A stretch of DNA of 62,940 bases, counting the filler, from a bacterium (lineage in GTDB: Bacteria; JALSQH01), in assembly GCA_027004335.1 (NCBI GenBank). It is 10 parts of 10 records of this genome, joined end to end, with 100 filler letters (N's around TTAATTAATTAA, not from the genome) between each part and the next. Parts side by side here need not be neighbours in the genome. Positions count along the whole stretch, not along the records: positions 31,846 to 38,979 come from JALTID010000208.1; positions 39,080 to 46,200 come from JALTID010000209.1; 8 more parts are not named here. One strand, 5' to 3'. How positions within the stretch are numbered: position 1 is the first letter of the stretch; each line of letters starts with the position of its first letter. Of this stretch, positions 33,574 to 43,354 are shown in pieces. The notes beneath the pieces were generated by a model. The model searched no databases. It was not told the DNA's origin and worked only from the letters and a program-made list of their open reading frames with translations. A program made the translations under genes and the position numbers.

Positions 33574-35209
33574 TTTCATCCCATACTTCTGCACTGAATT
33601 TCTCAATTTTTGTATCTGGATCCTTCCAGCATCCAGGTGTCAGGCCAGCTTTTAAACAGGTATGATCAAGAAAGGTATAGAGATCCCAGTGGTATTCTAC
33701 CGGGACCTGGGGCAATAGTAACCCCCTGTAAAAGCCTCTGGAAATAATAAGACCATCTCTACCAACTTTTATTTCTGAGATATCTTTTACAGGTCTTACT
33801 GGAGTGAGTCTTGAAATTTCTATTTCAATTTCGGAGAGCTCACTTTTTCTCAACGGTGGAAATCTCGGATCATGAAAAGCTGCTTCTATGGCCATATGTT
33901 TCACATTGTTAATAAGTGGCTCATGGGGAATGATTGTTCCAATACAACCCCTGAGCTCTCCATGCTCTTTCAATGTGACAAAAACTGCCCCTGGTTGATT
34001 GAGTCTTTTGGTAGGGGGCTTCCAGTCAGGTGGGTCTTTGCCATCAAGGGCGTTGGCTATTGTCTGTCTTGCAAGTTTTAGCAGAAATACCCTTTCTTCA
34101 TCTGTCAATCTCTCTTCATTGAGTTCCTTAAGTTCCATTTTCTTACCCTCCTTACTTCCTTCATCTTTTATAATAACCATACTTGCATAACCTACAACTC
34201 TATCTTTAGGTCCTGCGGTGTCTCCAGAATTTTTATAATTTAGTAGAAGTATTTTATCAAGTTTTTTCTGGAGTGCTTCCAGTACAGCTATAACAGGTCC
34301 CCAGCTGCACATCTCAGCCTGGTGATTTTTCACAGCGTAAAATACTACCTCAGGATCACCTCTTTTAATGTAGTTGATGGTTTGTCTATCAAGTTTAATT
34401 GCATCATTATAGGAATGGTAATGTGATAGGTCAGTGCTGGCAATATAGAATGCCTTATCTCCAATAACTTTTTTGAGAAGATTCCCTAACTTCAAAGATG
34501 TTTGTAAATCCTGCGTCCCCATCACCAGAGGCACTATTTGAATATTATTGCCGATGAAATATTGCAGGTAGGGGATCTGGGTCTCCATGGAGTGTTCCCG
34601 CATAAACAGGGTTTCATCTTCTGTGATCAAGCCATTGCTTTCTTTTATAAGTTTCTTAACAATATCAGTGGCTATTTTCACCTGTCCCAGTGGAGTGAGG
34701 TAGTAGTCCTTTGTAAGGGTTGCCACATAAGGCCTCAAATAGTAGTGGGAAATTCCTATTATTACAAAAAGATGAGGAATTTTCTTTTTATATTCTCCCA
34801 GCAACTTATACCCATAAACTCCGGTAGGTGCTGCATATATGTATCCTGCATGAGGGCTAACAATTCCCAGGATTTTTCCCTTTATTTCTGGAAGGCCTGT
34901 TACAGCAGATGAGTATGATGATAGCATCCTCTTTAGTTCTTCAGGGTTTTCCGGATAAAATTTCCCACTTACAACGGAATAAAAAATAGTAGGAGGTTTT
35001 TTAACGACTTTTTTCTTTTTGTGGCAACCGGTTGATGTTAGAAATATGAGGGTCACAATTAGGGTCAGAGAGAGCACCCTGTACCATTTTGCCTCTCTGT
35101 AAGAAACTCTGTTTTTCTTCTTTCTGGGGCTTATCTTTTCCAGCTTAATAAATGGAATAAGAGCTAACAAGTAGAGAAAAAATCTTCTTTTTAATTTCAT
35201 TTTTGCCAC
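33548..35209 (-). CDS. amrB: AmmeMemoRadiSam protein B (MEMO1) - protein A (AMMECR1) fusion with N-terminal export-like leader
   Basis: G.FYP, VSPHAGYIY, EHSME and ASTDLSHY (MEMO), then AVFVTL..LRGCIG, DPRFPPL and GLLLPQV (AMMECR1). Confidence 0.92.
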   Translation of the reverse strand: MAKMKLKRRFFLYLLALIPFIKLEKISPRKKKNRVSYREAKWYRVLSLTLIVTLIFLTSTGCHKKKKVVKKPPTIFYSVVSGKFYPENPEELKRMLSSYSSAVTGLPEIKGKILGIVSPHAGYIYAAPTGVYGYKLLGEYKKKIPHLFVIIGISHYYLRPYVATLTKDYYLTPLGQVKIATDIVKKLIKESNGLITEDETLFMREHSMETQIPYLQYFIGNNIQIVPLVMGTQDLQTSLKLGNLLKKVIGDKAFYIASTDLSHYHSYNDAIKLDRQTINYIKRGDPEVVFYAVKNHQAEMCSWGPVIAVLEALQKKLDKILLLNYKNSGDTAGPKDRVVGYASMVIIKDEGSKEGKKMELKELNEERLTDEERVFLLKLARQTIANALDGKDPPDWKPPTKRLNQPGAVFVTLKEHGELRGCIGTIIPHEPLINNVKHMAIEAAFHDPRFPPLRKSELSEIEIEISRLTPVRPVKDISEIKVGRDGLIISRGFYRGLLLPQVPVEYHWDLYTFLDHTCLKAGLTPGCWKDPDTKIEKFSAEVWDENEYRDKLK

Positions 35210-36183
35210 CTCCCATATATTGGATATTTACAATATGGACATTTCCCATCTTTGATGACATTTTTCACCACAAAATAGCCAACTCTCTGGATAAGAAGTC
35301 TACCACAATGTGGACAGTAGGTGTTTTCCCGTGGATGCCCGGGTACATTTCCTATATAAACATACTTCATCCCTCTCTTATCTGCTACTGAAATTGCCCT
35401 TTCAAGGGTTTTTACCGGAGTTGGATAAATATGCTTCATTTTATACTGTGGGTAAAATCTGAGAAAATGGAGAGGTACATCTGTGGAAATATTTTCTGCT
35501 ATCCAGTTCACCAGCCTTTTAATATCATCCACACTGTCGTTTAAAGTTGGTATTACAAGATTGCTCAATTCCAGGTGGATACCCTTTTTCCACATAGTTT
35601 TTATAGCCTCAAGCACAGGATCAAGATGGCCATCGCATATTTTTCTGTAAAAATCCTCCCTCATGGCTTTTATATCCACAGTGGCTGCATCCACATACTT
35701 AAGAAGATCTTTTAATGGTTCCTGATTTATGAAGGCGGCAGTGACAAGGGCGTTGTTGATACCGTACTGTTTTGCAAATTTTGAAGTATCGTAGGTGTAT
35801 TCATAAAAAACTACTGGATCATTGTAGGTATAGGCAATTGAAGGTATCCCATACCTCCTTACAGTCTCAACAATTGTTTCTGGAGAGAGGTCAATATGCT
35901 GGATCTCTTCTGGATAACTCTGGGAGAGTTGCCAGTTCTGGCAGTTGAGGCAGTGCATATTGCAACCTGCCGTGGCGATGGAGAATATTCTTGTAGTGGG
36001 ATAAAAATGGAAAAAAGGTTTTTTCTCTATGGGATCCACATGGTAGGTTGCTGCTTTGCCATAAACGAGGGTGACTAACTTACCATCAATATTAGCTCTG
36101 ACTTTACAATCTCCCCTTTCTCCAGGCCTGAGTACGCATTTTTTGGGACATAATTCACACTGTACTATTTTGTCATCGCTCAT
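35197..36183 (-). CDS. amrS: AmmeMemoRadiSam radical SAM enzyme
   Basis: CELCP..C, DPIEKKP, GCNMHCLNCQNW, YTYNDP and CPHCG; adjacent to amrB/A. Confidence 0.93.
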   Translation of the reverse strand: MSDDKIVQCELCPKKCVLRPGERGDCKVRANIDGKLVTLVYGKAATYHVDPIEKKPFFHFYPTTRIFSIATAGCNMHCLNCQNWQLSQSYPEEIQHIDLSPETIVETVRRYGIPSIAYTYNDPVVFYEYTYDTSKFAKQYGINNALVTAAFINQEPLKDLLKYVDAATVDIKAMREDFYRKICDGHLDPVLEAIKTMWKKGIHLELSNLVIPTLNDSVDDIKRLVNWIAENISTDVPLHFLRFYPQYKMKHIYPTPVKTLERAISVADKRGMKYVYIGNVPGHPRENTYCPHCGRLLIQRVGYFVVKNVIKDGKCPYCKYPIYGRWQK

Positions 36184-36418
36184 TTCCAGTTACCCTGTGC
36201 CAGTACATTCCTACTTTATTTGACACCACTCCTCTGTTAATAAGTTCTTTTAAAATCTCCTCTTTCTGTCTGAGAACTCTGTTTTCTTCTTTTTTAGCTG
36301 CAACTGGAGTGGAACCGTTTTTTTTTAGAGCAAAGGCGTAATTATGATATTCCACCAGCGTCATAAGTGCAATGGAGATGATGAGAGAAATAATAAAAAG
36401 TACCGAGTCCCTTTTCAC
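36173..36418 (-). CDS. Small membrane-anchored ORF, possibly the separated N-terminus of AmrS
   Basis: TM helix; ends KVGMYWHRV and overlaps the amrS start in another frame. Confidence 0.6.
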   Translation of the reverse strand: MKRDSVLFIISLIISIALMTLVEYHNYAFALKKNGSTPVAAKKEENRVLRQKEEILKELINRGVVSNKVGMYWHRVTGNER

Positions 36419-36438
36419 ACTTTATATTTTACACCCAA

Positions 36439-37284
36439 TCAGCTGTACTGGTAAAATCCTCTGCTACTTTTTCTTCCGAGGTAACCAGCAGCTACCATTT
36501 TTTTCAGAAGAGGACAGGGCCTGTATTTTGGGTCTTTAAAGCTATCGTACAAAAATTCCATAATATCCAGGCAAACATCCAGCCCAATTAGATCAGCTAA
36601 TTCAAGGGGTCCCATGGGATGGTTCATTCCCAATTTCATAGCAGTATCAATACCTTCAGCAGATGCAACATTTTCCCATAGACCACATATCGCTTCATTT
36701 ATCATAACCATCAGGAATCTGGATGTGGCAAATCCCGGTGAATCATTTACCACCACAGGTTCTTTCCCAAGAAATTTTGAAGTTTCAACAACTTTCTTAA
36801 TGACATTATCAGATGTTCTCATCCCTTTTATAACTTCAATGAGTTTCATCACAGGTACCGGGTTGAAAAAGTGCATGCCGGCAACTCTTTCAGGATGCGA
36901 TGTAACCGATGCCAGTTCAGTAATAGGCAGTGAGGAAGTGTTAGAAGCAAGAATCACATCGGGAGAATAGGCTGCGTCAAGTTTTTTGAAAATTTCCTGT
37001 TTTACCTCCATTATCTCTACAACTGCTTCCACAATTAATTCCACATTTTTCCCTGTAATTTCTGTGGTTGGCTCAAGCAAATTCAGAGCCTTCTCCTTTT
37101 CTTCCTCAGTTAATTTCCCCTTTGAAACCTGTTTCTCAAGGTTCTTCCTGATCTTCCCGATAGATTTTTCAATAATCTCCATGGATACATCATTTAGATA
37201 TACTTTAATCCCCTTCTGCGCAAAAACCTGAGCTATACCACTCCCCATGGTTCCTGCACCAATTACAAGGACACCTTTTATCAT
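36439..37284 (-). CDS. hbd: 3-hydroxybutyryl-CoA dehydrogenase
   Basis: GAGTMGSGIA, SNTSSL, GMHFFNP and HPMGPLELADLIGLD. Confidence 0.92.
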   Translation of the reverse strand: MIKGVLVIGAGTMGSGIAQVFAQKGIKVYLNDVSMEIIEKSIGKIRKNLEKQVSKGKLTEEEKEKALNLLEPTTEITGKNVELIVEAVVEIMEVKQEIFKKLDAAYSPDVILASNTSSLPITELASVTSHPERVAGMHFFNPVPVMKLIEVIKGMRTSDNVIKKVVETSKFLGKEPVVVNDSPGFATSRFLMVMINEAICGLWENVASAEGIDTAMKLGMNHPMGPLELADLIGLDVCLDIMEFLYDSFKDPKYRPCPLLKKMVAAGYLGRKSSRGFYQYS

Positions 37285-37306
37285 TTTTATTCCTCCTTTT
37301 TTATTC

Positions 37307-38461
37307 TTATCTAAAGGCCTGAAAGCCGGTTATATCTCTTCCAATTATGAGGGTCTGGATGTCATAGGTTCCCTCATAGGTATTTACAGCCTCCATATTA
37401 AGAAGATGCCTTATAGGTACATAATCCAGAGTGATCCCATTTGCTCCATGGATGTCTCTTGCCACCCTTGCTATTTCCAGTGCCATACTGACATTGTTCA
37501 TTTTTGCCATTGATATCTGGGTATGTTTCACCTTTCCCGCGTCCTTTAATTTTGCCAGTTGAGCAAGTATGAGTTGCGCTTTTGTAATTTCTGTTAGCAT
37601 CCATACAAGTTTTTTCTGAACCAGCTGGAAGGATGCAATGGGTTTACCGAACTGGATTCTTTCTTTCGCATAGTTTAAAGCAGCCTCATAACTTGCAATA
37701 GCAGAACCAAGGGATCCCCATGCTATGCTGTATCTTGCCTGATTTAAACAGATAAGTGCAGATTTTAATCCTGATGTTTTTGGGAGGATATTATCCTTCG
37801 GGATCCTGCAATCCTCAAAATGAAGTTCTGAAGTTACAGAGGCTCTTAGTGACATCTTGTGTTTTATCTCAGTTGTTGTAAAGCCTGGTGTGCCTTTTTC
37901 AACTATGAAACCCTTTATCTCTCCATTTAATTTGGCCCACACTACTGCGACATCCGCAATTGAACCATTTGTTATCCACATTTTTGTTCCATTGAGTATG
38001 TAATGATTCCCATCATCAACAGCTGTGGTTTTTATGCTACCAGCATCGGAGCCAAAATCTGGCTCTGTGAGACCAAAGCATCCTATCATTTCACCGATTG
38101 CTAATTTAGGTAGATATTTTTTCTTCTGTTCCTCACTACCAAAGGTAAAAATGGGGTACATTACGAGGCTGCTCTGCACCGATGCAAAACTTCTTATGCC
38201 GCTATCACCCCTTTCAAGCTCCATCATTACAAGACCGTATGCCATATTATTGAGCCCCGGACAGCCATACTCTTCGGGTAAATTAACGCCTAATAAGCCC
38301 AGTTCTCCCATCTCCTTAACAAGATGAATGGGGAATTTATAATTTTCAAAATATTCAGCTATGATGGGAATAATTTCATCATCCACGAATCTCCTTGCCG
38401 TTTCCCACGCGATTTTTTCCTCTTCTGGCAGGTTTTCAAATATCTGGTAGTAGTCAACCAT
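37307..38461 (-). CDS. Acyl-CoA dehydrogenase, glutaryl-CoA dehydrogenase-like
   Basis: ELERGDSGIRS..SVQSSL, GCFGLTEPD and NTYEGT; start ATG 38461 after SD GAGGAGG. Confidence 0.88.
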   Translation of the reverse strand: MVDYYQIFENLPEEEKIAWETARRFVDDEIIPIIAEYFENYKFPIHLVKEMGELGLLGVNLPEEYGCPGLNNMAYGLVMMELERGDSGIRSFASVQSSLVMYPIFTFGSEEQKKKYLPKLAIGEMIGCFGLTEPDFGSDAGSIKTTAVDDGNHYILNGTKMWITNGSIADVAVVWAKLNGEIKGFIVEKGTPGFTTTEIKHKMSLRASVTSELHFEDCRIPKDNILPKTSGLKSALICLNQARYSIAWGSLGSAIASYEAALNYAKERIQFGKPIASFQLVQKKLVWMLTEITKAQLILAQLAKLKDAGKVKHTQISMAKMNNVSMALEIARVARDIHGANGITLDYVPIRHLLNMEAVNTYEGTYDIQTLIIGRDITGFQAFR

Positions 38462-38585
38462 CCTTCTTTCCTCCTCTGGTAATATTATCATATGTTAATT
38501 TCTACACCAAGAGTTATTTCTCCTTAATTGACACAAGCGGTATATTGTGTTAAAAATAAAATAGATATATTAAAATGGAGGTTTT

Positions 38586-38979
38586 ATGTCAAAACAAGCC
38601 TTAGGAAGGGACCCTTTTGAGATTCTGGCTGGTGAGCAGGAGAAGAAAGAGATTAAGCCGGTGAGAAAGAGATACTCAACAAAGAGAAAACCTGCGGTAA
38701 AAGTTGAGAAACCTGCTTCTGAAGAAAAAGTTGAAGATGTTATTGATAAGAGGATCGAGGAAAAACTCAGAGAGTTCGAAAAATCCATTGGAGAGAGGAT
38801 CCATGAATTTGATAATTCTCCATCTGTGTATGGTTTGAAAAAGTCTGTGGAGAGGCTCGAAGCTGTTCTTCAAAAGGGGCTTGAACTTTCCGAGCGGGAA
38901 AAAGAAATTTTCAGCTACGAAAAAAAAAAGCATACCGCAAGGCTTTACAGATTCTTTCAAATATTAAGCGGCTCCTTAC
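38586..38979 (+). CDS. Hypothetical protein (3' truncated)
   Basis: SD GGAGG; N-terminal ALGRDPF followed by a charged coiled-coil region. Confidence 0.65.
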
Positions 38980-39079
38980 NNNNNNNNNNNNNNNNNNNNN
39001 NNNNNNNNNNNNNNNNNNNNNNNTTAATTAATTAANNNNNNNNNNNNNNNNNNNNNNNNNNNNNNNNNNNNNNNNNNNN

Positions 39080-39351
<272 letters not shown>

Positions 39352-39354
39352 AAC

Positions 39355-39390
39355 TTCTTGACAACCGTTATGACAAATGTATAATAACGA
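39355..39390 (+). promoter_or_regulatory. Sigma70 promoter overlapped by a ModE-like box (copy 1)
   Basis: TTGACA-16 nt-TATAAT containing the inverted repeat CGTTAT-N12-ATAACG at 39366-39389. Confidence 0.8.
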
Positions 39391-39402
39391 ATTAACTGTT
39401 GA

Positions 39403-40200
39403 ATGGGAGAAATGATAATACACTACTTTTTGACATTTCTAACAGGTATCTTAGCAGGTACTTTAGGAGGGCTTCTCGGCATTGGTGGAGGAATTATTGT
39501 TATGCCGTACCTTAAATTTATCATCGGCCTCCCAATTATGTATGCAGCTGGGACAACAGTAATTACCGTTTTTTTCACCACATTTGGCGGAACAATTAAG
39601 CATCACCGACTTGGCCACATCCATTTTCGGGCCCTTATTCCCATAATAGCATCAGGGGCAATAATGTCAATTGTATTCTCCCTAATATTTCCACATCTTC
39701 GAGTTGTTAGCCGCTGGATTAATCTTGGAATGGGGATACTATTTCTCATTGTATCGTTAAGAATGATTGCCGATGCAATATGGCTTTCAAATATAATGAG
39801 ATCCCCTCCACAGGACACTTCAGCAAAAAATAAATTATGGCAAAAAATCACAGTTGGTGCAATAGCAGGGGCATTGCCAGGATTGCTTGGTATTGGTAGT
39901 GGTGCAATATTTGTCCCAGTATTTACATTCCTCTTTGGTATGCCGATAAAAGTCGCAATTGGTTCATCACTTGCATGCTTTTCAATAAATGCATTTATCA
40001 GTTCAGCCATGAAAGCTTTCCAGGGATTTGTATACTGGGATATCGCTATCCCTATTGCCATTGGGGCGTTTTTCGGTGCAAATATAGGTGCAAAACTAAA
40101 TAAAATTTTCCCATCTAAAGTATTGCGGTTTTTATTTGGATCTTTATTTTTATATGTTGCTATAAAATTTATATTGTTGTTCTGGGGGGTGAAAATATGA
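39403..40200 (+). CDS. TSUP (TauE/SafE) family membrane transporter
   Basis: Two internal repeats, GGLLGIGGG..P and GLLGIGSG..P; about 8 TM helices. Confidence 0.9.
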   Translation: MGEMIIHYFLTFLTGILAGTLGGLLGIGGGIIVMPYLKFIIGLPIMYAAGTTVITVFFTTFGGTIKHHRLGHIHFRALIPIIASGAIMSIVFSLIFPHLRVVSRWINLGMGILFLIVSLRMIADAIWLSNIMRSPPQDTSAKNKLWQKITVGAIAGALPGLLGIGSGAIFVPVFTFLFGMPIKVAIGSSLACFSINAFISSAMKAFQGFVYWDIAIPIAIGAFFGANIGAKLNKIFPSKVLRFLFGSLFLYVAIKFILLFWGVKI

Positions 40201-40958
40201 CTAATACTCCAAAAATAATTGAACAGGCAAAAAATAGATTAATTGAAATGATCACCAACAAAAGTATTTTTGATGCCAGAGTCTCTGTTCTTGCTCGGGC
40301 ACTAACTCCCGAAGAGGCCATTGGTACCCCGGGGCGACGGGATTTTCCAATAATAATTGGAAAAGAGAAAATGCTTGAAGCAAAAGTTTTAGGTTTTCGG
40401 GGGCAGGCATTTACTGACTCACGAAAAGAATTTATTGGTACTCTGAAAGAAGTTCTTGAAATGCCCTTAAATACAAACAGTAATCGTGCAATATTTGTAG
40501 CAGTTTTTAATGCTCTTATGCGATATTTTGGAAAAGCAAATGGTACAGTCCACTGTAAAAATGAAGAACCTGAAAGATGTGCAGTTGAAATTGCGGATTT
40601 TATACACAACAATTTTCATCCCAAAAAAGTTGGATTAATAGGTTTAAATCCCGCCATTGCTGAGGCTCTTTCGAAGAAGTTTGGCGGTGATAATCTTTTG
40701 ATTACAGATCTTTACATTAAGAATATCGGGAGAAAAAAATTTGGTACAAAAATCTTTGATGGCAATATCATGAATGAAAAACTGATTCAAGCTTCTGATT
40801 TTGTACTAATTACTGGAACAACAATTGTTAATGATACCTTTGATGAAATTATGTCAGCGGTGAAAAAATACAACAAAGAATATACTTTATACGGAGTAAC
40901 CAGTGCAGGTATATGCTCGCTTTTTGATATGCCTAGAATCTGCCCTTATAGTAAATAA
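40197..40958 (+). CDS. DUF364-like Rossmann-fold protein (putative metal chelation)
   Basis: EEAIG.P.R.DFPI..GKE, GQAFTD, HC...PE.C, ITGTTIVN and YGVT..G.....R.C. Confidence 0.75.
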   Translation: MTNTPKIIEQAKNRLIEMITNKSIFDARVSVLARALTPEEAIGTPGRRDFPIIIGKEKMLEAKVLGFRGQAFTDSRKEFIGTLKEVLEMPLNTNSNRAIFVAVFNALMRYFGKANGTVHCKNEEPERCAVEIADFIHNNFHPKKVGLIGLNPAIAEALSKKFGGDNLLITDLYIKNIGRKKFGTKIFDGNIMNEKLIQASDFVLITGTTIVNDTFDEIMSAVKKYNKEYTLYGVTSAGICSLFDMPRICPYSK

Positions 40959-40997
40959 CTCTTTAAAGAAAAAAAGAGTATATTCCACAAATTTAAA

Positions 40998-41033
40998 TTC
41001 TTGACAATCATTATGACAAAAATATAATAACGA
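40998..41033 (+). promoter_or_regulatory. Sigma70 promoter overlapped by a ModE-like box (copy 2)
   Basis: 32 of 36 nt identical to 39355-39390; TTGACA-16 nt-TATAAT; CATTAT-N12-ATAACG. Confidence 0.8.
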
Positions 41034-41035
41034 CT

Positions 41036-41389
41036 ATGAAGATAAAATCAAAGGTGTGGATTGAAAACGAAAAAGGCGAAACAATAATAAGCTACGGTAA
41101 GTATATCTTATTAAAAGAAATTGAAAAAAAAGGCTCAATCTCAGCAGCTGCAAAAAAAATGGGAACCCCCTTTCGTAAGGCCTGGGTTATGGTTAAAACC
41201 ATGAATGAAAGAAGCCTTAAACCTCTAGTTGTTACAAGATCTGGGGGAAAAGATGGAGGAGGAGCTGAATTGACAGAAGAAGGGAAAAAACTTGTCAGGT
41301 TATTTGAGACAATCAACAATAATGTGGAAAATTCTCTCAGGTCATTTGAAAACTTAATAAACATAAAAGAGGAGAAGAAAGATGGTTAA
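41036..41389 (+). CDS. ModE-family winged-helix regulator (DNA-binding domain only)
   Basis: KVWIE, LL..I...GSISAAAKKMG..FRKAW and GGKDGGGAELTEEG; no TOBE domains. Confidence 0.9.
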   Translation: MKIKSKVWIENEKGETIISYGKYILLKEIEKKGSISAAAKKMGTPFRKAWVMVKTMNERSLKPLVVTRSGGKDGGGAELTEEGKKLVRLFETINNNVENSLRSFENLINIKEEKKDG

Positions 41390-43352
41390 GTTATTGCTCT
41401 ACTTTTTTATCTCGGTAACAACATCAACTTCGTCTTCACCTGTAACACACACTGCAGCATATCCGAAACCTACTACAACTACAGGGAAAACTGTTATGAC
41501 AGAAAAGGTAAAATCATTTACTCAAATCCCGACCATCGGTGAAGTCGTAATCACAGGCAAAAGATCTGTTCCCGCGGTCAGGATCCTCATCCCCCGGAAA
41601 AGTATTGAAGAAAACGGCGTAGAAAGCAGCGATAAGATAACAAAGATCACACCTGTTTTAAATGTGGAAGATACTTCAAGGGGTGATAGGTATCTGTATT
41701 TAGCAGGCTTTAATTACAGACAGATTCAGATGTATTTAGATGGGGTCCCTGTTTACATTCCTTACAGCGGAGATATTGGTGCTGATCTCCTGAAACTGGT
41801 AAATATAAAGGAAATAGTTGTGGAACCTGTTCTTCCATCTTTATTTTATGGTCCCAATGCTATGGGAGGAGCAATAAACATTCTCTCCACCACCCCCACC
41901 GGTGGGATACATGGGAAGTTTTCAGCAGAAATTAATCAGGTGAGCAATAAAAATGGCAGGTTCAATATTTCAGCAGGAGAGAATAATTACTATGCAGGTG
42001 CAAGCGGGATGATATGGAATTCACCGGGCTTTCCTCTTTCAAAAAAATTTACCTCCTCTCTCAACGAAAATGGGGAGGTGAGGGAAAACAGCTACACAAA
42101 GGGATACACCTTCTTCGGATATACTGGATATAACAGGAATCAACTAAACTTTTTCACCCTAAGATACTACAAAACCTCAATGGAAAAAGGGGTACCACCA
42201 GAAGTGGGTTCAACAAAACCCAGATACTGGAGATTCACAGATTGGGAAAAAGAATTTTTAAATTTTGTGGGGAGGAAATCTCTGGGAGAAAATAGTTACA
42301 TCAAACTTAACAGTGCATATACAGGGTATTATAATGTTCTTGATTCTTACGATGACAGCACCTATTCAACCCAGACAAAAAGATACGCTTTCCACTCCAC
42401 CTATGATGATTACTCTCTTCTTTCATCCCTCACAGGAGGAATAACAAAGGGGATAATATCCACGGATCTACTTTTCACCTACAGAAAAGATATTCACAGG
42501 GAGCAACCAGACTACAACGAAGAATGGTCAGGATATGGTCAGGAGATATATTCAGCTGGATTAAGATCCACCGCATCGGCAAAAAAGATTATTTTCTCAG
42601 CCGAGGGAAGGTATGACAAACTCGCGGCTTTTAAATACCCCAACAGCGATGCACTTAATTACAGAGCCTCTTTAAGGTACAATTTCAAAAATGGAAACGC
42701 AGGTATTGCAATTGGTTCCACTACAAGATTCCCCACCATGAAGGAAAAATACTCCTATCATCTTGGTAGAAGCATACCCAATCCCAATCTTAAACCTGAA
42801 TCACAGGATGCTATCATACTTAATTTTTCAACTCCGCCTTTTTACGGTATAAAAATTAACGGCTTTGGTTATTATTCAAAACTTAAAAATCTTATAGAAA
42901 GTGTGAAAATTAATTCCTCAACAGATCAGAATCAGAACATAAGCAGGGCTTTTCTTACAGGATTTTATTTGGAGGGCCTCTACCAGAAAAGCGGGATCCT
43001 GCTTAAAGCTGCACTACAGGGAACTTGGACAAAGGACCTTGAACATGACACCACCCTTCCATACAGGCCAAGATGGAGAAGTATACTATCTGCTGGATAT
43101 TCAGGAAAGAAATTTTCCCTACTAATTTCTCTTAATGGTCAGTATATAACCTTCTATGAGGGTAAAGATGTCACAGACCTTCACAAGTTAGGAAGCTGGA
43201 CAACGATTGGCCTACACGGTGATTTCCACATTGACCGTAATATAAAAATTTATACAACGGTTGAAAACCTTTTTGATAAAAACTATGAAACAGATCACGG
43301 ATTTCCTGCTGCAGGAAGAGAGATTTTCGCGGGGATTGTGAGTAGTTTTTAG
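41382..43352 (+). CDS. TonB-dependent outer-membrane receptor
   Basis: TonB-box-like EVVITG, plug LDGVP..SLFYGPNAMGGAINI, NPNLKPE, ENLFDKNY..GR and terminal Phe. Confidence 0.93.
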   Translation: MVKLLLYFFISVTTSTSSSPVTHTAAYPKPTTTTGKTVMTEKVKSFTQIPTIGEVVITGKRSVPAVRILIPRKSIEENGVESSDKITKITPVLNVEDTSRGDRYLYLAGFNYRQIQMYLDGVPVYIPYSGDIGADLLKLVNIKEIVVEPVLPSLFYGPNAMGGAINILSTTPTGGIHGKFSAEINQVSNKNGRFNISAGENNYYAGASGMIWNSPGFPLSKKFTSSLNENGEVRENSYTKGYTFFGYTGYNRNQLNFFTLRYYKTSMEKGVPPEVGSTKPRYWRFTDWEKEFLNFVGRKSLGENSYIKLNSAYTGYYNVLDSYDDSTYSTQTKRYAFHSTYDDYSLLSSLTGGITKGIISTDLLFTYRKDIHREQPDYNEEWSGYGQEIYSAGLRSTASAKKIIFSAEGRYDKLAAFKYPNSDALNYRASLRYNFKNGNAGIAIGSTTRFPTMKEKYSYHLGRSIPNPNLKPESQDAIILNFSTPPFYGIKINGFGYYSKLKNLIESVKINSSTDQNQNISRAFLTGFYLEGLYQKSGILLKAALQGTWTKDLEHDTTLPYRPRWRSILSAGYSGKKFSLLISLNGQYITFYEGKDVTDLHKLGSWTTIGLHGDFHIDRNIKIYTTVENLFDKNYETDHGFPAAGREIFAGIVSSF

Positions 43353-43354
43353 GT

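Noticed and set aside
38528-38553. Inverted repeat TTGACACAA-N8-TTGTGTTAA between divergent genes
   Set aside because: Single imperfect copy that coincides with a likely promoter and differs in spacing from the TTGACAAnnTTGTCAA operator.
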